Below, piece by piece: positions 32,447 through 43,311 of a DNA stretch of 64,000 nucleotides. Within the stretch, counting starts at the first letter, position 1, and the number at the start of each line of letters is the position of its first letter. The notes beneath the pieces were generated by a model. The model did no database searches. It worked only from the letters and a program-made list of their open reading frames with translations, and was not told the DNA's origin. Position numbers and translations under genes: made by a program. The stretch spans positions 15,266 through 79,265 of the forward strand of contig JBAZYR010000001.1 in the NCBI GenBank assembly GCA_041659225.1, given 5' to 3'. The DNA is from Candidatus Staskawiczbacteria bacterium. GTDB lineage: Bacteria > Patescibacteriota > Minisyncoccia > Minisyncoccales > Staskawiczbacteraceae.

Positions 32447-32953
32447 ATGAATCTTAATAAAGCTTTCATCCTCGGCAATATAACTCGTAATCCGGAAACC
32501 AGAGCATTGCCATCTGGAAAGCCTGTAGCATCATTCGGTGTAGCAACAAATAGATTCTACACGGATAACACCGGGGTAAAGAAACAGGAAGCTGAGTTTC
32601 ATAATGTAGTAGCCTTCGGAAAATTAGCCGATATTTGCTCCAGATACCTGCAAAAAGGATCCTTAATTCTTGTTGAGGGAAGATTAAAAACAAGCTCGTG
32701 GCAGAATGCCGCCGGTGCCAAACAATTCAAAACAGAAATAATTGCCGACAATATACAAATGGCCCCAAGATCAATGGGCGGAGGCACAGCTAATGCTCCC
32801 CGCGAACCAAGAAGCGAGGAAATCCCAGTGATTGAAGAAAGCTATAATCCACCATTAAGTGAGGAACCAGTTCCCACAGAAGACATATCAGGCCCCATGC
32901 CAGAAATTGGGCAGCAAGAAGATGAAATTGATATAAAAGACATTCCTTTCTAA
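32447..32953 (+). CDS. ssb: Single-stranded DNA-binding protein
   Basis: MNLNKAFILGNITRNPE, EFHNVVAFG, VEGRLKT, C-terminal DIPF. Confidence 0.97.
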   Translation: MNLNKAFILGNITRNPETRALPSGKPVASFGVATNRFYTDNTGVKKQEAEFHNVVAFGKLADICSRYLQKGSLILVEGRLKTSSWQNAAGAKQFKTEIIADNIQMAPRSMGGGTANAPREPRSEEIPVIEESYNPPLSEEPVPTEDISGPMPEIGQQEDEIDIKDIPF

Positions 32954-32972
32954 AAATTAAAACACTATTACT

Positions 32973-33170
32973 ATGTCATGTTATTTCTGCCAAAAAAATA
33001 CTGATGAGATTGACTTCAAAAATACAGGCGTTCTGTCTAAGTTCATCTCCAGTTCATATAAGATAAAAAGCCGCACAAGAAACGGGCTTTGCGCCCGCCA
33101 CCAAAGAGGGGTAAGCAATGCTATAAAAAGAGCGCGCCAGCTTGGGATCATGCCCTACACCCCGAAATAG
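32973..33170 (+). CDS. rpsR: 30S ribosomal protein S18 (zinc-binding form)
   Basis: CYFC..IDFKN..CARHQR..AIKRAR. Confidence 0.95.
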   Translation: MSCYFCQKNTDEIDFKNTGVLSKFISSSYKIKSRTRNGLCARHQRGVSNAIKRARQLGIMPYTPK

Positions 33171-33175
33171 CAAAC

Positions 33176-33201
33176 AAAAACAGCCTCAGCGGGCTGTTTT
33201 T
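33176..33201. terminator. Bidirectional terminator between rpsR and recA
   Basis: AAAAACAGCC-loop-GGCTGTTTTT. Confidence 0.8.
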
Positions 33202-33211
33202 TAGTACATTA

Positions 33212-34213
33212 TTAACCCTTCGGTTTCAGTATCTCCCCTTTTATTTCCTTTATTAACGCTTTATCTTCTTTCAGAGCGTTTTTTGCAGCTTCAAATCCAA
33301 CTCCAATTTTCCTATTTCCAAACTGATAGGTATTGCCGACTTGCTTAATCACGTTGGCCGTTAGGCCGGCTCTCAACACATCAGCTGCCTGAGAAATACC
33401 TTCGTTATAGTAAATATCAAACTCGCAAACTTTAAAGGGGGCTGCAACTTTGTTCTTAACAATCTTAGCCCTGACTCTGTTGCCGATAATCTCATCCCCG
33501 CTTTTAATCTGCGCGGTTCTTGTTAGATTAATCCTTACTGAAGTGTAAAACTTTAAGGCTAATCCTCCCGGAGTAGTTTCTGGATTGCCAAAGACCATGC
33601 CGATTTTCATCCTTGTTTGGTTTATAAATATAACTATCGTATTAGTTTTCGAAACAATACTAGCAAGCTTACGACACGCTTGACTCATGAGACGCGCTTG
33701 AAGCCCCATATGCTGGTCTCCTATCTCCCCTTCGATTTCAACCTTGGGAGTTAAAGCAGCTACAGAATCAATAACAATTACGTCGACATTTCCAGAACGC
33801 ACCAAGGCTTCTACTATCTGTAAAGCCTGTTCACCGGAATCCGGCTGGGATATTAGGAGATCGTCCACTTTTACTCCTATTCTCTGCGCATAATCAGGGT
33901 CTAGAGCATGTTCTGCGTCAACAAAAGCAACCGCTCCTCCCTTCTTTTGAGCTTCAGCTAAGATATGCAGAGACAGGGTTGTCTTGCCAGAACTTTCCGG
34001 CCCAAATATTTCGATAACCCTTCCGCGCGGTATTCCTCCCACGCCCAACGCTAGATCCAAAGAAAAGGAACCACTTGGGATGACGTCAACATCAACAGAC
34101 CGTATCTCTTTTAAGGTCATGATGGTACCCTCCCCGAACCGTTCCTTTATTTCTTCTAAGGCTTCTACCAAGCCCTTTTTTTCTATTTTTTTATCTTGTG
34201 CTTTTTTTACCAT
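33212..34213 (-). CDS. recA: Recombinase RecA
   Basis: [49 protein letters not shown]. Confidence 0.98.
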   Translation of the reverse strand: MVKKAQDKKIEKKGLVEALEEIKERFGEGTIMTLKEIRSVDVDVIPSGSFSLDLALGVGGIPRGRVIEIFGPESSGKTTLSLHILAEAQKKGGAVAFVDAEHALDPDYAQRIGVKVDDLLISQPDSGEQALQIVEALVRSGNVDVIVIDSVAALTPKVEIEGEIGDQHMGLQARLMSQACRKLASIVSKTNTIVIFINQTRMKIGMVFGNPETTPGGLALKFYTSVRINLTRTAQIKSGDEIIGNRVRAKIVKNKVAAPFKVCEFDIYYNEGISQAADVLRAGLTANVIKQVGNTYQFGNRKIGVGFEAAKNALKEDKALIKEIKGEILKPKG

Positions 34214-34222
34214 ATATATATT

Positions 34223-36424
34223 TTAAATTTTCTCCCATTCATTATCTCCTTCGCTTTCGTCAGGTCCGCTTACATCTTCTGACGGACCTGATTGAATAAT
34301 GGGTGACTCTGCTCCGCCATAAACCTCCCTTGGCTTTGCTCCGTCAGCAGGACCTACGACTCCTCTTTGCTCTAATATATCAATCAACCGAGCTGCTCTG
34401 GCATAACCAACCTTTAATCTCCTCTGCAAATATGAAGCTGATGCCTTTTTGGTTTCTAAAACTATCTTTTTGCTTTCCTCATATAGCGAATCATTTTGGT
34501 CAGAAGAGAAGGTTTCTCCGCCGCCTTCTTTCTGGTCAGTAGAATCTAACTGTTCTTGCAAACTTTGGGTAAGGAAGGCGGAGGATCCGTCCATTCTGCC
34601 ATTTTGTTTTCCTATAAAACTAGCTACTTTTCTAACGTCCTCTTCAGGAACATATGGAGCCTGTATTCTTCTTGGCCGTATGGATTTTGCGGAGATAAAA
34701 AGCATGTCCCCAGCGCCTAATAGTTTCTCAGCTCCGGCTGCATCTAAAACAGTTCTCGAATCAACCTGGGAAGCAACTTGGAATGTTGCCCTAGAGGTAA
34801 CATTAGCTTTGATCAAACCGGTGATGACCTCTACTGACGGCCGTTGCGTCGCTAAAACCAAATGTATGCCGGTTGCTCTTGCCATTTGAGCTAATCTTAC
34901 AACTCCTGCTTCTATATCTCTTCCACGAGCTGCCATTAGGTCGGCCAACTCATCAATGATTAAAACAATATATGGCAAGGTGGCACCGGCGGCAATAACT
35001 GATTTTGTTTTGTTGTAAGTATTAAGATTACGGGTTGGTATCTCAGAGAAAACCTCAAATCGCCTGCCCATCTCTTTGACCAACCAATTTAAGGCATTAA
35101 TCGTTTTCTGCGGGTCGTAAATAACCGGGCAGAGAAGATGCGGGAGGGCGTTATAGTGTTGGAATTCTACCCGCTTCGGATCAATCAAGATTAATTTCAT
35201 CGCGCTTGGAGAATTTCGATATAACAGGCTCAACACCAAATTGTTCAAGAATATAGTTTTCCCTGTTCCAGTAGATCCCGCTACCAAAAGATGAGGCATC
35301 TCTGCCATGTCAGCATATACCGGCTCTCCTGCGACATTGCGACCCAAAACGAACAGAAGTGAGGCGGGTGAGTTTTGATAAAGAGGACTAGCAACTAAAT
35401 TACGCAAGGAAACAATACTTCTAGTCTGATTCGGAATTTCAATACCAACCAACGACTTTCCCGGTATAGGAGCCTCTATCCTGATTGGATGAGCGGCTAA
35501 AGCTAAAGAAAGATTATTAGAAAGAGTAGTAATTTTTGACAGCTTCACTCCTTCGGCTGGCTTAAATGCATACTGTGTGACAGTAGGACCTACATTAGCC
35601 TCTGCCATTTCGACAGGAATGCCAAAATTCTCCAAGGTCTTTTTTATTATTATAGAGTTCTGTTTAATATTTCCGCTAGTCGGGCTTCCCTCGTTGGCTG
35701 ATAATAAATCAAGCGGCGGAAAGATATATTGTTCTTTCCCGCCAGACGTCTTCTTTCCGTTAACTTTAACTTCTTCTGCTCTGTTGTTTTTAAATAAAGA
35801 TATCTTCGGCTGTATAGCCCGGCTGGGCTCATTCTTTGTTTCGGGTTCTTTTATTTTCAAAATTAAGGGTTTGTCCGGATGCATCATTTTCTGGAACAAA
35901 GACTTCTTTTCCTCTTCCTGCGGTTTGTGCTGCCAAATCGACTGCAGGAATATTATGAAACCGATTACAACAATTGCCCCGAATATTATATCTGCCACCT
36001 GAACCTCAAATAGATTGACAACCAAGTTAGCCATTAAATACCCGAGCCAACCACCCGCTTTCTGAGTCAAATCCTGAGCACCCAAAAGGCCAGCAAAGCC
36101 GAAAATTAAAATAAAAATACCCAAAAATATGGGCAAAAACTTTCCTCTCTGTTTTGGTTTCAAAAATATTAAGCCGCCGAGGATGAAAAGGAAGGGAACG
36201 CTAAAAACTGTCTGTCCAATCAAAAATTTTGCAACTTCTAAAAATAACTGCCCTCCTTTCCCGGATTTATTAAGAAAGCTCAAACTAACAATAACTGCCA
36301 CTAAAAACATTAAGGTGGCTTTAATCCACCTTTTAGTCCTATTGGTTAGAAGGGGCGGTGTTTTATTTTCTTCTTTCCCGCTTTTCTGATTAACCTTCTT
36401 TTTTGGATTTTCGTCTTTAGCCAT
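34223..36424 (-). CDS. ftsK: DNA translocase FtsK/SpoIIIE
   Basis: N-terminal TMs, RIEAPIPGK, PHLLVAGSTGTGKT, ATQRPSV, gamma domain LQRRLKVGYARAAR. Confidence 0.96.
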   Translation of the reverse strand: MAKDENPKKKVNQKSGKEENKTPPLLTNRTKRWIKATLMFLVAVIVSLSFLNKSGKGGQLFLEVAKFLIGQTVFSVPFLFILGGLIFLKPKQRGKFLPIFLGIFILIFGFAGLLGAQDLTQKAGGWLGYLMANLVVNLFEVQVADIIFGAIVVIGFIIFLQSIWQHKPQEEEKKSLFQKMMHPDKPLILKIKEPETKNEPSRAIQPKISLFKNNRAEEVKVNGKKTSGGKEQYIFPPLDLLSANEGSPTSGNIKQNSIIIKKTLENFGIPVEMAEANVGPTVTQYAFKPAEGVKLSKITTLSNNLSLALAAHPIRIEAPIPGKSLVGIEIPNQTRSIVSLRNLVASPLYQNSPASLLFVLGRNVAGEPVYADMAEMPHLLVAGSTGTGKTIFLNNLVLSLLYRNSPSAMKLILIDPKRVEFQHYNALPHLLCPVIYDPQKTINALNWLVKEMGRRFEVFSEIPTRNLNTYNKTKSVIAAGATLPYIVLIIDELADLMAARGRDIEAGVVRLAQMARATGIHLVLATQRPSVEVITGLIKANVTSRATFQVASQVDSRTVLDAAGAEKLLGAGDMLFISAKSIRPRRIQAPYVPEEDVRKVASFIGKQNGRMDGSSAFLTQSLQEQLDSTDQKEGGGETFSSDQNDSLYEESKKIVLETKKASASYLQRRLKVGYARAARLIDILEQRGVVGPADGAKPREVYGGAESPIIQSGPSEDVSGPDESEGDNEWEKI

Positions 36425-36491
36425 TGTTAGGTAAGTAAACTTTAAGAGAGGAACTGTATTCCTGCACCTTAATCTATTATACCCTAACTTT

Positions 36492-39400
36492 CTATTTCTT
36501 AAAACCAGTACCGACTGGAATTAACCTTCCGATAATTACGTTTTCTTTTAATCCCAAGAGAGGATCCTCCTTGCCCTCCAAAGATGCCTTTATCAGAACT
36601 CGAGAAGTCTGTTGGAAGGAAGCAGAAGATAAGAAGCTTTCTGAAGCTAATGCTACCTCGGAAATGCCGAATAATATTTGCTGTCCAATTGGTAATTTTT
36701 TGCCTTGCTTCTTAAGGCGCGCCATTGCTTCATGGTAGACTGTACTGTCGATTACTTCTCCTTTCATCCATTCTCCGTCCCCTTCATCTTTTATCTTTAC
36801 TCTCGAAAACATTTTCTTGACTATTATTTCAATATGCTTGTCGTGTATATCCACGCCCTGTGAGGAATATATTTTCTGAACTTCTTTTATAACATATCGT
36901 TGAGTTTCATCTAAGCCGAGAGTTTTATACATTTTCTTTAAATCCAAACTGCCTCCGCATAAGGGCTGGCTTTCCTTAATCTCATCTCCCAGTTTTACTA
37001 AAATCGCAACCCTTCCAGGTATTTTATACTCAATAGGATCTCTTTTCGGAGAAGACTTCGTAACGCTAGGTTCAATTTTTACAATCCGCTCTTTTTCATC
37101 AAATTTAATAACCTTACCGTCAGTTAACGAAACCACTGCTTCTCCTTTTGGAGCCCTTGCTTCAAATATTTCTTCTACCCGAGGCAAACCCTGCGTAATA
37201 TCCCCTGCACCGGCGACACCACCCAAATGATGAGTTCTTAATGTCAACTGAGTGCCTGGTTCACCAATTGCTTGGGCCGCCACTACTCCGACTGCTTGCC
37301 CTAAATCCACCGCTCTATTTCTTCCAAGGTCCCAACCATAACATTTTTGGCAGGTTCCTCTCAATGTTTTGCAGCTTAACGGAGTATGAGCAACAACTTT
37401 CTCAATTTTCTCTTTCGTAATTAAATCCGCTATCTTCCATGTTATCACCTCCCCTTTCTTAACCAATGTCTTCTTATCTTTAACCACGTCTTCGGCGCAG
37501 ACTCTGCCGACTATTTTGAAGACAAAATCCTGTTCAATATCATCAGCGTCTTTCCGGGAAATTACAGAGCCGGCTTTATCCCCACAATCTTCTTCGGAAA
37601 TTATGACGTCATGAGCGACATCAACAAGGCGTCGGGTAAGATATCCGGCTGAAGATGTTCTTAAGGCCGTATCAGCTGTTCCTTTTCTGGCTCCATGGGT
37701 GGAAATAAAATATTCCAAAACATTAAACCCTTCTGCAAACGAAGACTTAACTGGCAGTTCGATAATATCACCTGCCGGGTTATTCACTAAACCTTTCATA
37801 CCTGCCATTTGTACGGGCTGTGCCCATGTACCCCTAGCCCCTGCGTTGATTATAGAAAATACGGAACCGCCTTTCGGTAGAATTTCCTTCAATAAAACTT
37901 CAAGCTTTGACTTGACAGTTTGCCAAACTAAAACTATTTGTGCGGTCTTTTCGTCTTTTGAAAGCAATCCTTTCTTGTAGTAGCTATTAATCTTATCGAC
38001 TTCCTTTTCAGCTTCCTCTAATAACTTCTCTTTTTCCGGCGGGACAATTAAATCATCCATGCCCCAGCTTACTCCCGATAAAGTCGAATACTCAAATCCA
38101 AGGCTCTTTACTTTATCTAATATCGCAACAGCCTCTTCATTGGAGTATCGGCCGACTAAATCTCTGACTAGTGATTTCAATCCTTTAGCATCGACTATTT
38201 TATCCAAATACGGATAGTCAGCTGGCAAGCTGTTATTTAAGATTACCCTGCCGACAGTTGTTTCAATAATTTCATGCTCCGTTGTCTTGGGGTTAGGAAC
38301 TTTTATTTTCTCCTGTAAATTAAGAAATCCAAGATCAAAGGCTGTGATTGCCTCAGCTTTGCTGGAAAACAATTTAGCTTCCTTTTTCTCTGCCCCAACG
38401 ATTTCTTCATCTATTCGGGTAAGGTAGTAGCAACCGAGTGCTATGTCCCTGAAAGGACCGATAACAGGCATTCCCGTAGCTGGCCTTAAAAGGTTAAGGG
38501 TAGAAGCCATAATTTCTCTTGCTTCTTTCTGCGCCTCTTCTGATAAAGGCAGATAAACAGCCATTTGGTCGCCGTCAAAATCTGAGTTGAATGATTCGCA
38601 AACCAAAGGATGGACCCTTATTGTATCGCCTTCAATTAATACAGTTTGGAATGCTTGTATGCCTAATCTGTGAAGAGTTGGGGCTCTGTTAAGCAAAACC
38701 AATTTTCCCTGGACCACTTCTTCAAGAATTGCCCATACTTCCGGAGTCCTGTCTTCAATTAGTCTTGTTGCTCCACGGATGTTGTAAGACAACTCTTTGT
38801 CTAGAATTCTCTTGATGACAAACGGTTTGAAGATCTCAAGGGCCATATTCTTGGGCAAGCCACACTGACTGTATTTCAAGTCCGGACCAACAGTAATGAC
38901 AGATCTTCCGGAATAATCTACTCTTTTCCCCAAAAGGTTCTGACGGAATCTTCCTTGCTTACCTGCTAATATGGCGGCCAAAGATTTTAAAAGCCGTTTG
39001 CCTCCGGTGGTGGCGGTTGTGGTCACTCCTTTACGCATTTCATTGTCGATCAAAGAGTCGACTGCTTCCTGCAACATTCGCTTTTCGTTTCTAACGATGA
39101 CGGCCGGAGCTGAAATATCTAATAAATATTTCAAGCGGTTATTTCTATTTATTACCCTTCTGTAAAGATCGTTTAAATCAGAAGATGCATATCTTCCACC
39201 CTCCAGCTGAACCATAGGCCTCAAGTCTGGTGGCAAAATTGGTAAGATTGTCATAAACATCCATTCCGGACGAACGCCTGCTTTCAGCATGCCTTGGAAA
39301 AGCTTTAATCTTCTTAACACTCTTTTCCTATTAACTGGCAAGACTTCTTTGCTCTCCTTTTCCAATTCTGAAACAGTTTTTTTCAAATCAATCTTCTCGA

Positions 39401-40055
39401 AAATAGAGCGGATTGCTTCAGCCCCTGTCCCTGCCTCAAAAACCTCGCCGTATTTCAAGGATAGGTTATGGTACACGGCTTCAGATAACACCCTGAGGGT
39501 CTCTATCTCCAATACTTCCTCTCTCGCTCTATCTCTTGCTTGTTTTAACTCTAACTTTAAAGCGTTGGTTTTCTCCTTCCTGACCTTTCTTTTGTACTCT
39601 TGTTCAATATCTTCTAGAATCTTTTTCTTGGCGTCTAAATTTACGCTTGTAACTATGTATGAGGAGAAGTATATGACTTTTTCTAACTGCTGGGACGATT
39701 TGTTCAAAACAAGACCCATTCTGGATGGAACCCCTCTTAAAAACCAAATATGCGAAACCGGGGCATATAGCTTGATATGTCCCATTCTTTCTCTTCTCAC
39801 TTGAGACTTAGTAACCTCAACACCGCAACGGTCGCACACCACTCCTTTGTATCTGATTCTTTTATATTTACCACACGCGCACTCATAGTCTTTTTCAGGA
39901 CCGAATATTTGCTCGCCAAAAAGACCATCTTTCTCTGGTTTTTGAGTCCTATAGTTAATCGTTTCAGGCCTGGTGACCTCGCCATGTGACCAGGACAAAA
40001 TCTCCTCAGGTGAAGCGACTTTTATTCTAATTGCCTCAATATCTATTACACGCAT
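36492..40055 (-). CDS. rpoC: RNA polymerase beta' subunit
   Basis: PETINYRT, RFRQNLLGKRVDYSGRS, NRAPTLHR, FNSDFDGDQM, GYLTRRLVDV, GLKENVIIG. Confidence 0.98.
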   Translation of the reverse strand: MRVIDIEAIRIKVASPEEILSWSHGEVTRPETINYRTQKPEKDGLFGEQIFGPEKDYECACGKYKRIRYKGVVCDRCGVEVTKSQVRRERMGHIKLYAPVSHIWFLRGVPSRMGLVLNKSSQQLEKVIYFSSYIVTSVNLDAKKKILEDIEQEYKRKVRKEKTNALKLELKQARDRAREEVLEIETLRVLSEAVYHNLSLKYGEVFEAGTGAEAIRSIFEKIDLKKTVSELEKESKEVLPVNRKRVLRRLKLFQGMLKAGVRPEWMFMTILPILPPDLRPMVQLEGGRYASSDLNDLYRRVINRNNRLKYLLDISAPAVIVRNEKRMLQEAVDSLIDNEMRKGVTTTATTGGKRLLKSLAAILAGKQGRFRQNLLGKRVDYSGRSVITVGPDLKYSQCGLPKNMALEIFKPFVIKRILDKELSYNIRGATRLIEDRTPEVWAILEEVVQGKLVLLNRAPTLHRLGIQAFQTVLIEGDTIRVHPLVCESFNSDFDGDQMAVYLPLSEEAQKEAREIMASTLNLLRPATGMPVIGPFRDIALGCYYLTRIDEEIVGAEKKEAKLFSSKAEAITAFDLGFLNLQEKIKVPNPKTTEHEIIETTVGRVILNNSLPADYPYLDKIVDAKGLKSLVRDLVGRYSNEEAVAILDKVKSLGFEYSTLSGVSWGMDDLIVPPEKEKLLEEAEKEVDKINSYYKKGLLSKDEKTAQIVLVWQTVKSKLEVLLKEILPKGGSVFSIINAGARGTWAQPVQMAGMKGLVNNPAGDIIELPVKSSFAEGFNVLEYFISTHGARKGTADTALRTSSAGYLTRRLVDVAHDVIISEEDCGDKAGSVISRKDADDIEQDFVFKIVGRVCAEDVVKDKKTLVKKGEVITWKIADLITKEKIEKVVAHTPLSCKTLRGTCQKCYGWDLGRNRAVDLGQAVGVVAAQAIGEPGTQLTLRTHHLGGVAGAGDITQGLPRVEEIFEARAPKGEAVVSLTDGKVIKFDEKERIVKIEPSVTKSSPKRDPIEYKIPGRVAILVKLGDEIKESQPLCGGSLDLKKMYKTLGLDETQRYVIKEVQKIYSSQGVDIHDKHIEIIVKKMFSRVKIKDEGDGEWMKGEVIDSTVYHEAMARLKKQGKKLPIGQQILFGISEVALASESFLSSASFQQTSRVLIKASLEGKEDPLLGLKENVIIGRLIPVGTGFKK

Positions 40056-40071
40056 GGTTAATAGTTTTTAA

Positions 40072-43000
40072 TTATCTAGATTTTACCTCTCTCTGAATTT
40101 TTTCTTTGACTTCGACAGCCAAGCCCAATGATTTCAATTCTGCAACTAATAAATTAAATGAAGCTGGTATGCTCGGACTTTTAATTGGCTCGCCCTTTAA
40201 AATTGCTTCATAGGTCGCTGCTCTTCCGACAACATCATCTGATTTTATCGTTAACATTTCCTGCAGGGTATGAGCAGAACCATAACCTTCCAAAGCCCAT
40301 ACTTCCATCTCACCAAATCTTTGTCCGCCGAATTGAGCCTTTCCGCCTAACGGCTGTTGGGTGATTAATGAATACGGACCGATCGAACGGGCATGAACTT
40401 TGTCGTCTACCATGTGGATTAATTTCATCGCATACATATATCCGACAGTCGTCGGCTTAGGAAACGCCAAGCCGGTTCTTCCGTCATACAGAATAGTTTG
40501 CCCAGACTCAGGCAGCCCGGCTGCCCTTAATTCACCTTTTATATCCTCTTTATCGGCGCCAAGTAAGGACGGAGAGATTACAATGTATCCCAGTTTCTTC
40601 GCTGCCCAGCCGAGATGGGTCTCTAAAATTTGTCCTAAATTCATCCTTGATGGAACCGAAAGAGGACTTAAGATAAGATCAATCGGCGTGCCGTCCGGTA
40701 AAAATGGCATTTCTTCCTCCGGTAATATTTTGGAAACCACACCTTTGTTACCGTGACGACCGACTAATTTGTCACCGACCTTGTTTTTCCTGGTTTCAGC
40801 AATTTCAACCTGAATTCGTTTAATAACTCCGGGCTCTAATTTGTGGCCCAAATCACGGGAGAAAATCTTAACATTAATTACTTTTCCCCTCTTGCCGTGT
40901 TCTGCCCGTAAAGACGTGTCTTTAACATCCTTTGCTTTATCACCGAAAATCGCCCTCAGTAATCTTTCTTCAGGGGTTAATTCTGCTTCTCCCTTTGGAG
41001 AAATCTTACCGACCAAAATATCATTCGGGCCAACTTCAGCTCCTACTCTGATTATTCCCTCTTCATCGAGGTCCTTTAATCGTTCTTCTCCGACATTAGG
41101 GATATCGCAGGTAGTGATTTCAGGTCCCAGTTTTGTGTCACGAACGTCGCACGTAAATTCTTCTATATGAATGGACGTAAAGGCGTCCTCTCGAACTAAT
41201 TTTTCTGAAATAATAATCGAATCTTCGAATCCTCCTCCTCTCCAGCACATAAAGGCTACCAGAATATTTTTTCCTAAAGACAGTCTTCCTTTAGAAATAG
41301 CGGCGCCATCAACCAGAGGGTCTCCTTTCTTGAAAGTATCTCCTTTAACAACTGCTGGTTTTTGATGGAAACAGGTATATTGGTTGGTTCTGACAAAAGT
41401 CCTAAGTTCGTACGTTTCTTCAACCTTCTTGTTTTTCCCCCCCGAGGTAATATCAAATTCAACTTTAATATGGTCAGCATCTGCTTCCTTCACCCGACCC
41501 GCGGCTCTAGCGATTATTGCTTGAGCAGAATCTCGAGCTACGTTCCTTTCAACTCCTGTACCGACTAAAGGCGGCTCAGGATTGAGCAAAGGAACGGCCT
41601 GCCTTTGCATGTTCGAACCCATAAGAGCCCTTGAAGCATCATCGTTCTGCAAAAATGGGATGCAAGAAGCAGCAATACTGATAAATTGTTTCGAAGAAAC
41701 GTCGATATAGTCTATTTTTGAAACTTCAACCTCATCTGGTTCCCCCTTTACTCTGGCTTCCACCTTGTTTGGAGGAATCTCAGGGAGTATTTTATTATTC
41801 TCGTCAATCGGGACAGAAGCAGGGGCGATATTAAATCTTTCTTCTTCTTGAGCTGCAAGATAATGGACTTCATCTGTAACGCGTCCGTTCTTTACCTTAA
41901 AATATGGGGTTTCAATAAATCCATAAGGATTTACTCGCGCAAAAGAAGCCAAGTGTCCAACCAACCCTACGTTTGGTCCTTCCGGTGTTTGTATAGGACA
42001 AATTCTGCCATAGTGGGATGGTTGTACATCGCGAACTTCAAAGCCGGCCCGCTCTCTTGTCAACCCGCCAGGACCGGTAGTGGTAAGACGTCTCTTGTGT
42101 TCGAGTTCGGCGAGCGGGTTTTCATTATCCATGAATTGGGAAAACTGCGAAGAGGTATAGAATTCCTTGATAATGGCCATGAATGGCCTTGGATTGATAA
42201 GCTGATTAGGGGTAATCGTAGAAGGATCTAACGTAGACATTTTATCCTTAATTATTCTTTCCATTCTCATTAAACCAACCCTCAACCGGTTTTGGAGAAG
42301 CTCGGCCATTGTTCTTACCCTTCTGTTACCTAAATGGTCAACCTGGTCAGGATGAGAATCAGGGTCGTTATTCAGTCGTATCACTTCCTTCATTACTTCA
42401 ATTAAATCACCTATGCTTAAAACTCTTTCTTCTTTTGTAATTTCCTTGTCTCGGTTGCTCGGAGCAAGCTGAGGAAGCCTTTGCCAGGTCTTCCAGCGTC
42501 CCACTTTCGAAAGGTCATACCTTCCAAAGTTAAAGAACATATTGAAAATTAAATCCTGGGCAGTATCCGGGGCAACTAAGTCCCCTGGCCTTAGCCTTCT
42601 ATATATCTCTACCAATGCTTCCTTTTGGTCAGTGGTTGTATCTCTTTTAAGTGTTTCTTTGATATATTTAATCGGCCCGTTATCAATATCCTTAAACGTT
42701 TTTTCTATCTTCTCAATCGTGTCTAACCCCAAAGCCAGAAGCAAGGTTGTGGCAGGAACCTTTCTTTTCCTATTTATCTTTACTCCGATAAACCCGGACT
42801 CTTCTGTTTCAAACTCAAGCCAAGCTCCGCGGTTAGGAATAATTTTTGCACCAAAATGGTTCTTTCCATGTATTGACCTTGCAGTGAAGAACGCACCAGG
42901 TGAACGTATAAGCTGGGAGACGACTACTCTTTCTACTCCGTTCAATACAAAAGTTCCGCCTTCTGTCATAAGGGGAAAATCAGCAAGGAAAACTTCCTGT

Positions 43001-43311
43001 TCTTTTATCTCTTTTGTTTTTAGGTTTACTAACTTAGCTTTTACCTTGAGCGGAGCTTCAAAAGAATCATTATTCTTTTTTGCAAGCAAACTATTTTTAT
43101 GATTTGGTTTGTCAAGTTTGTAGTCCTCAAACCAGAGCTGAAATTCTTTTCCAGTGTAATCGGTGATAGGAGAAATTTCGTCAAAAAGTTCTTTGACTCT
43201 TACTTTCCAAAAATCTTCCCATGCCTGTTTTTGCAAATTAAGCAAATTAGGTAGAGGGAAAGAAATTTTAGATTTAGAGAAATTTTTTATTTTGAAAAAT
43301 TCTTCTGGCAT
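40072..43311 (-). CDS. rpoB: RNA polymerase beta subunit
   Basis: ERVVVSQLIRSPG, RALMGSNMQRQ, GRHGNKG, GGQRFGEMEVWALE. Confidence 0.98.
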   Translation of the reverse strand: MPEEFFKIKNFSKSKISFPLPNLLNLQKQAWEDFWKVRVKELFDEISPITDYTGKEFQLWFEDYKLDKPNHKNSLLAKKNNDSFEAPLKVKAKLVNLKTKEIKEQEVFLADFPLMTEGGTFVLNGVERVVVSQLIRSPGAFFTARSIHGKNHFGAKIIPNRGAWLEFETEESGFIGVKINRKRKVPATTLLLALGLDTIEKIEKTFKDIDNGPIKYIKETLKRDTTTDQKEALVEIYRRLRPGDLVAPDTAQDLIFNMFFNFGRYDLSKVGRWKTWQRLPQLAPSNRDKEITKEERVLSIGDLIEVMKEVIRLNNDPDSHPDQVDHLGNRRVRTMAELLQNRLRVGLMRMERIIKDKMSTLDPSTITPNQLINPRPFMAIIKEFYTSSQFSQFMDNENPLAELEHKRRLTTTGPGGLTRERAGFEVRDVQPSHYGRICPIQTPEGPNVGLVGHLASFARVNPYGFIETPYFKVKNGRVTDEVHYLAAQEEERFNIAPASVPIDENNKILPEIPPNKVEARVKGEPDEVEVSKIDYIDVSSKQFISIAASCIPFLQNDDASRALMGSNMQRQAVPLLNPEPPLVGTGVERNVARDSAQAIIARAAGRVKEADADHIKVEFDITSGGKNKKVEETYELRTFVRTNQYTCFHQKPAVVKGDTFKKGDPLVDGAAISKGRLSLGKNILVAFMCWRGGGFEDSIIISEKLVREDAFTSIHIEEFTCDVRDTKLGPEITTCDIPNVGEERLKDLDEEGIIRVGAEVGPNDILVGKISPKGEAELTPEERLLRAIFGDKAKDVKDTSLRAEHGKRGKVINVKIFSRDLGHKLEPGVIKRIQVEIAETRKNKVGDKLVGRHGNKGVVSKILPEEEMPFLPDGTPIDLILSPLSVPSRMNLGQILETHLGWAAKKLGYIVISPSLLGADKEDIKGELRAAGLPESGQTILYDGRTGLAFPKPTTVGYMYAMKLIHMVDDKVHARSIGPYSLITQQPLGGKAQFGGQRFGEMEVWALEGYGSAHTLQEMLTIKSDDVVGRAATYEAILKGEPIKSPSIPASFNLLVAELKSLGLAVEVKEKIQREVKSR

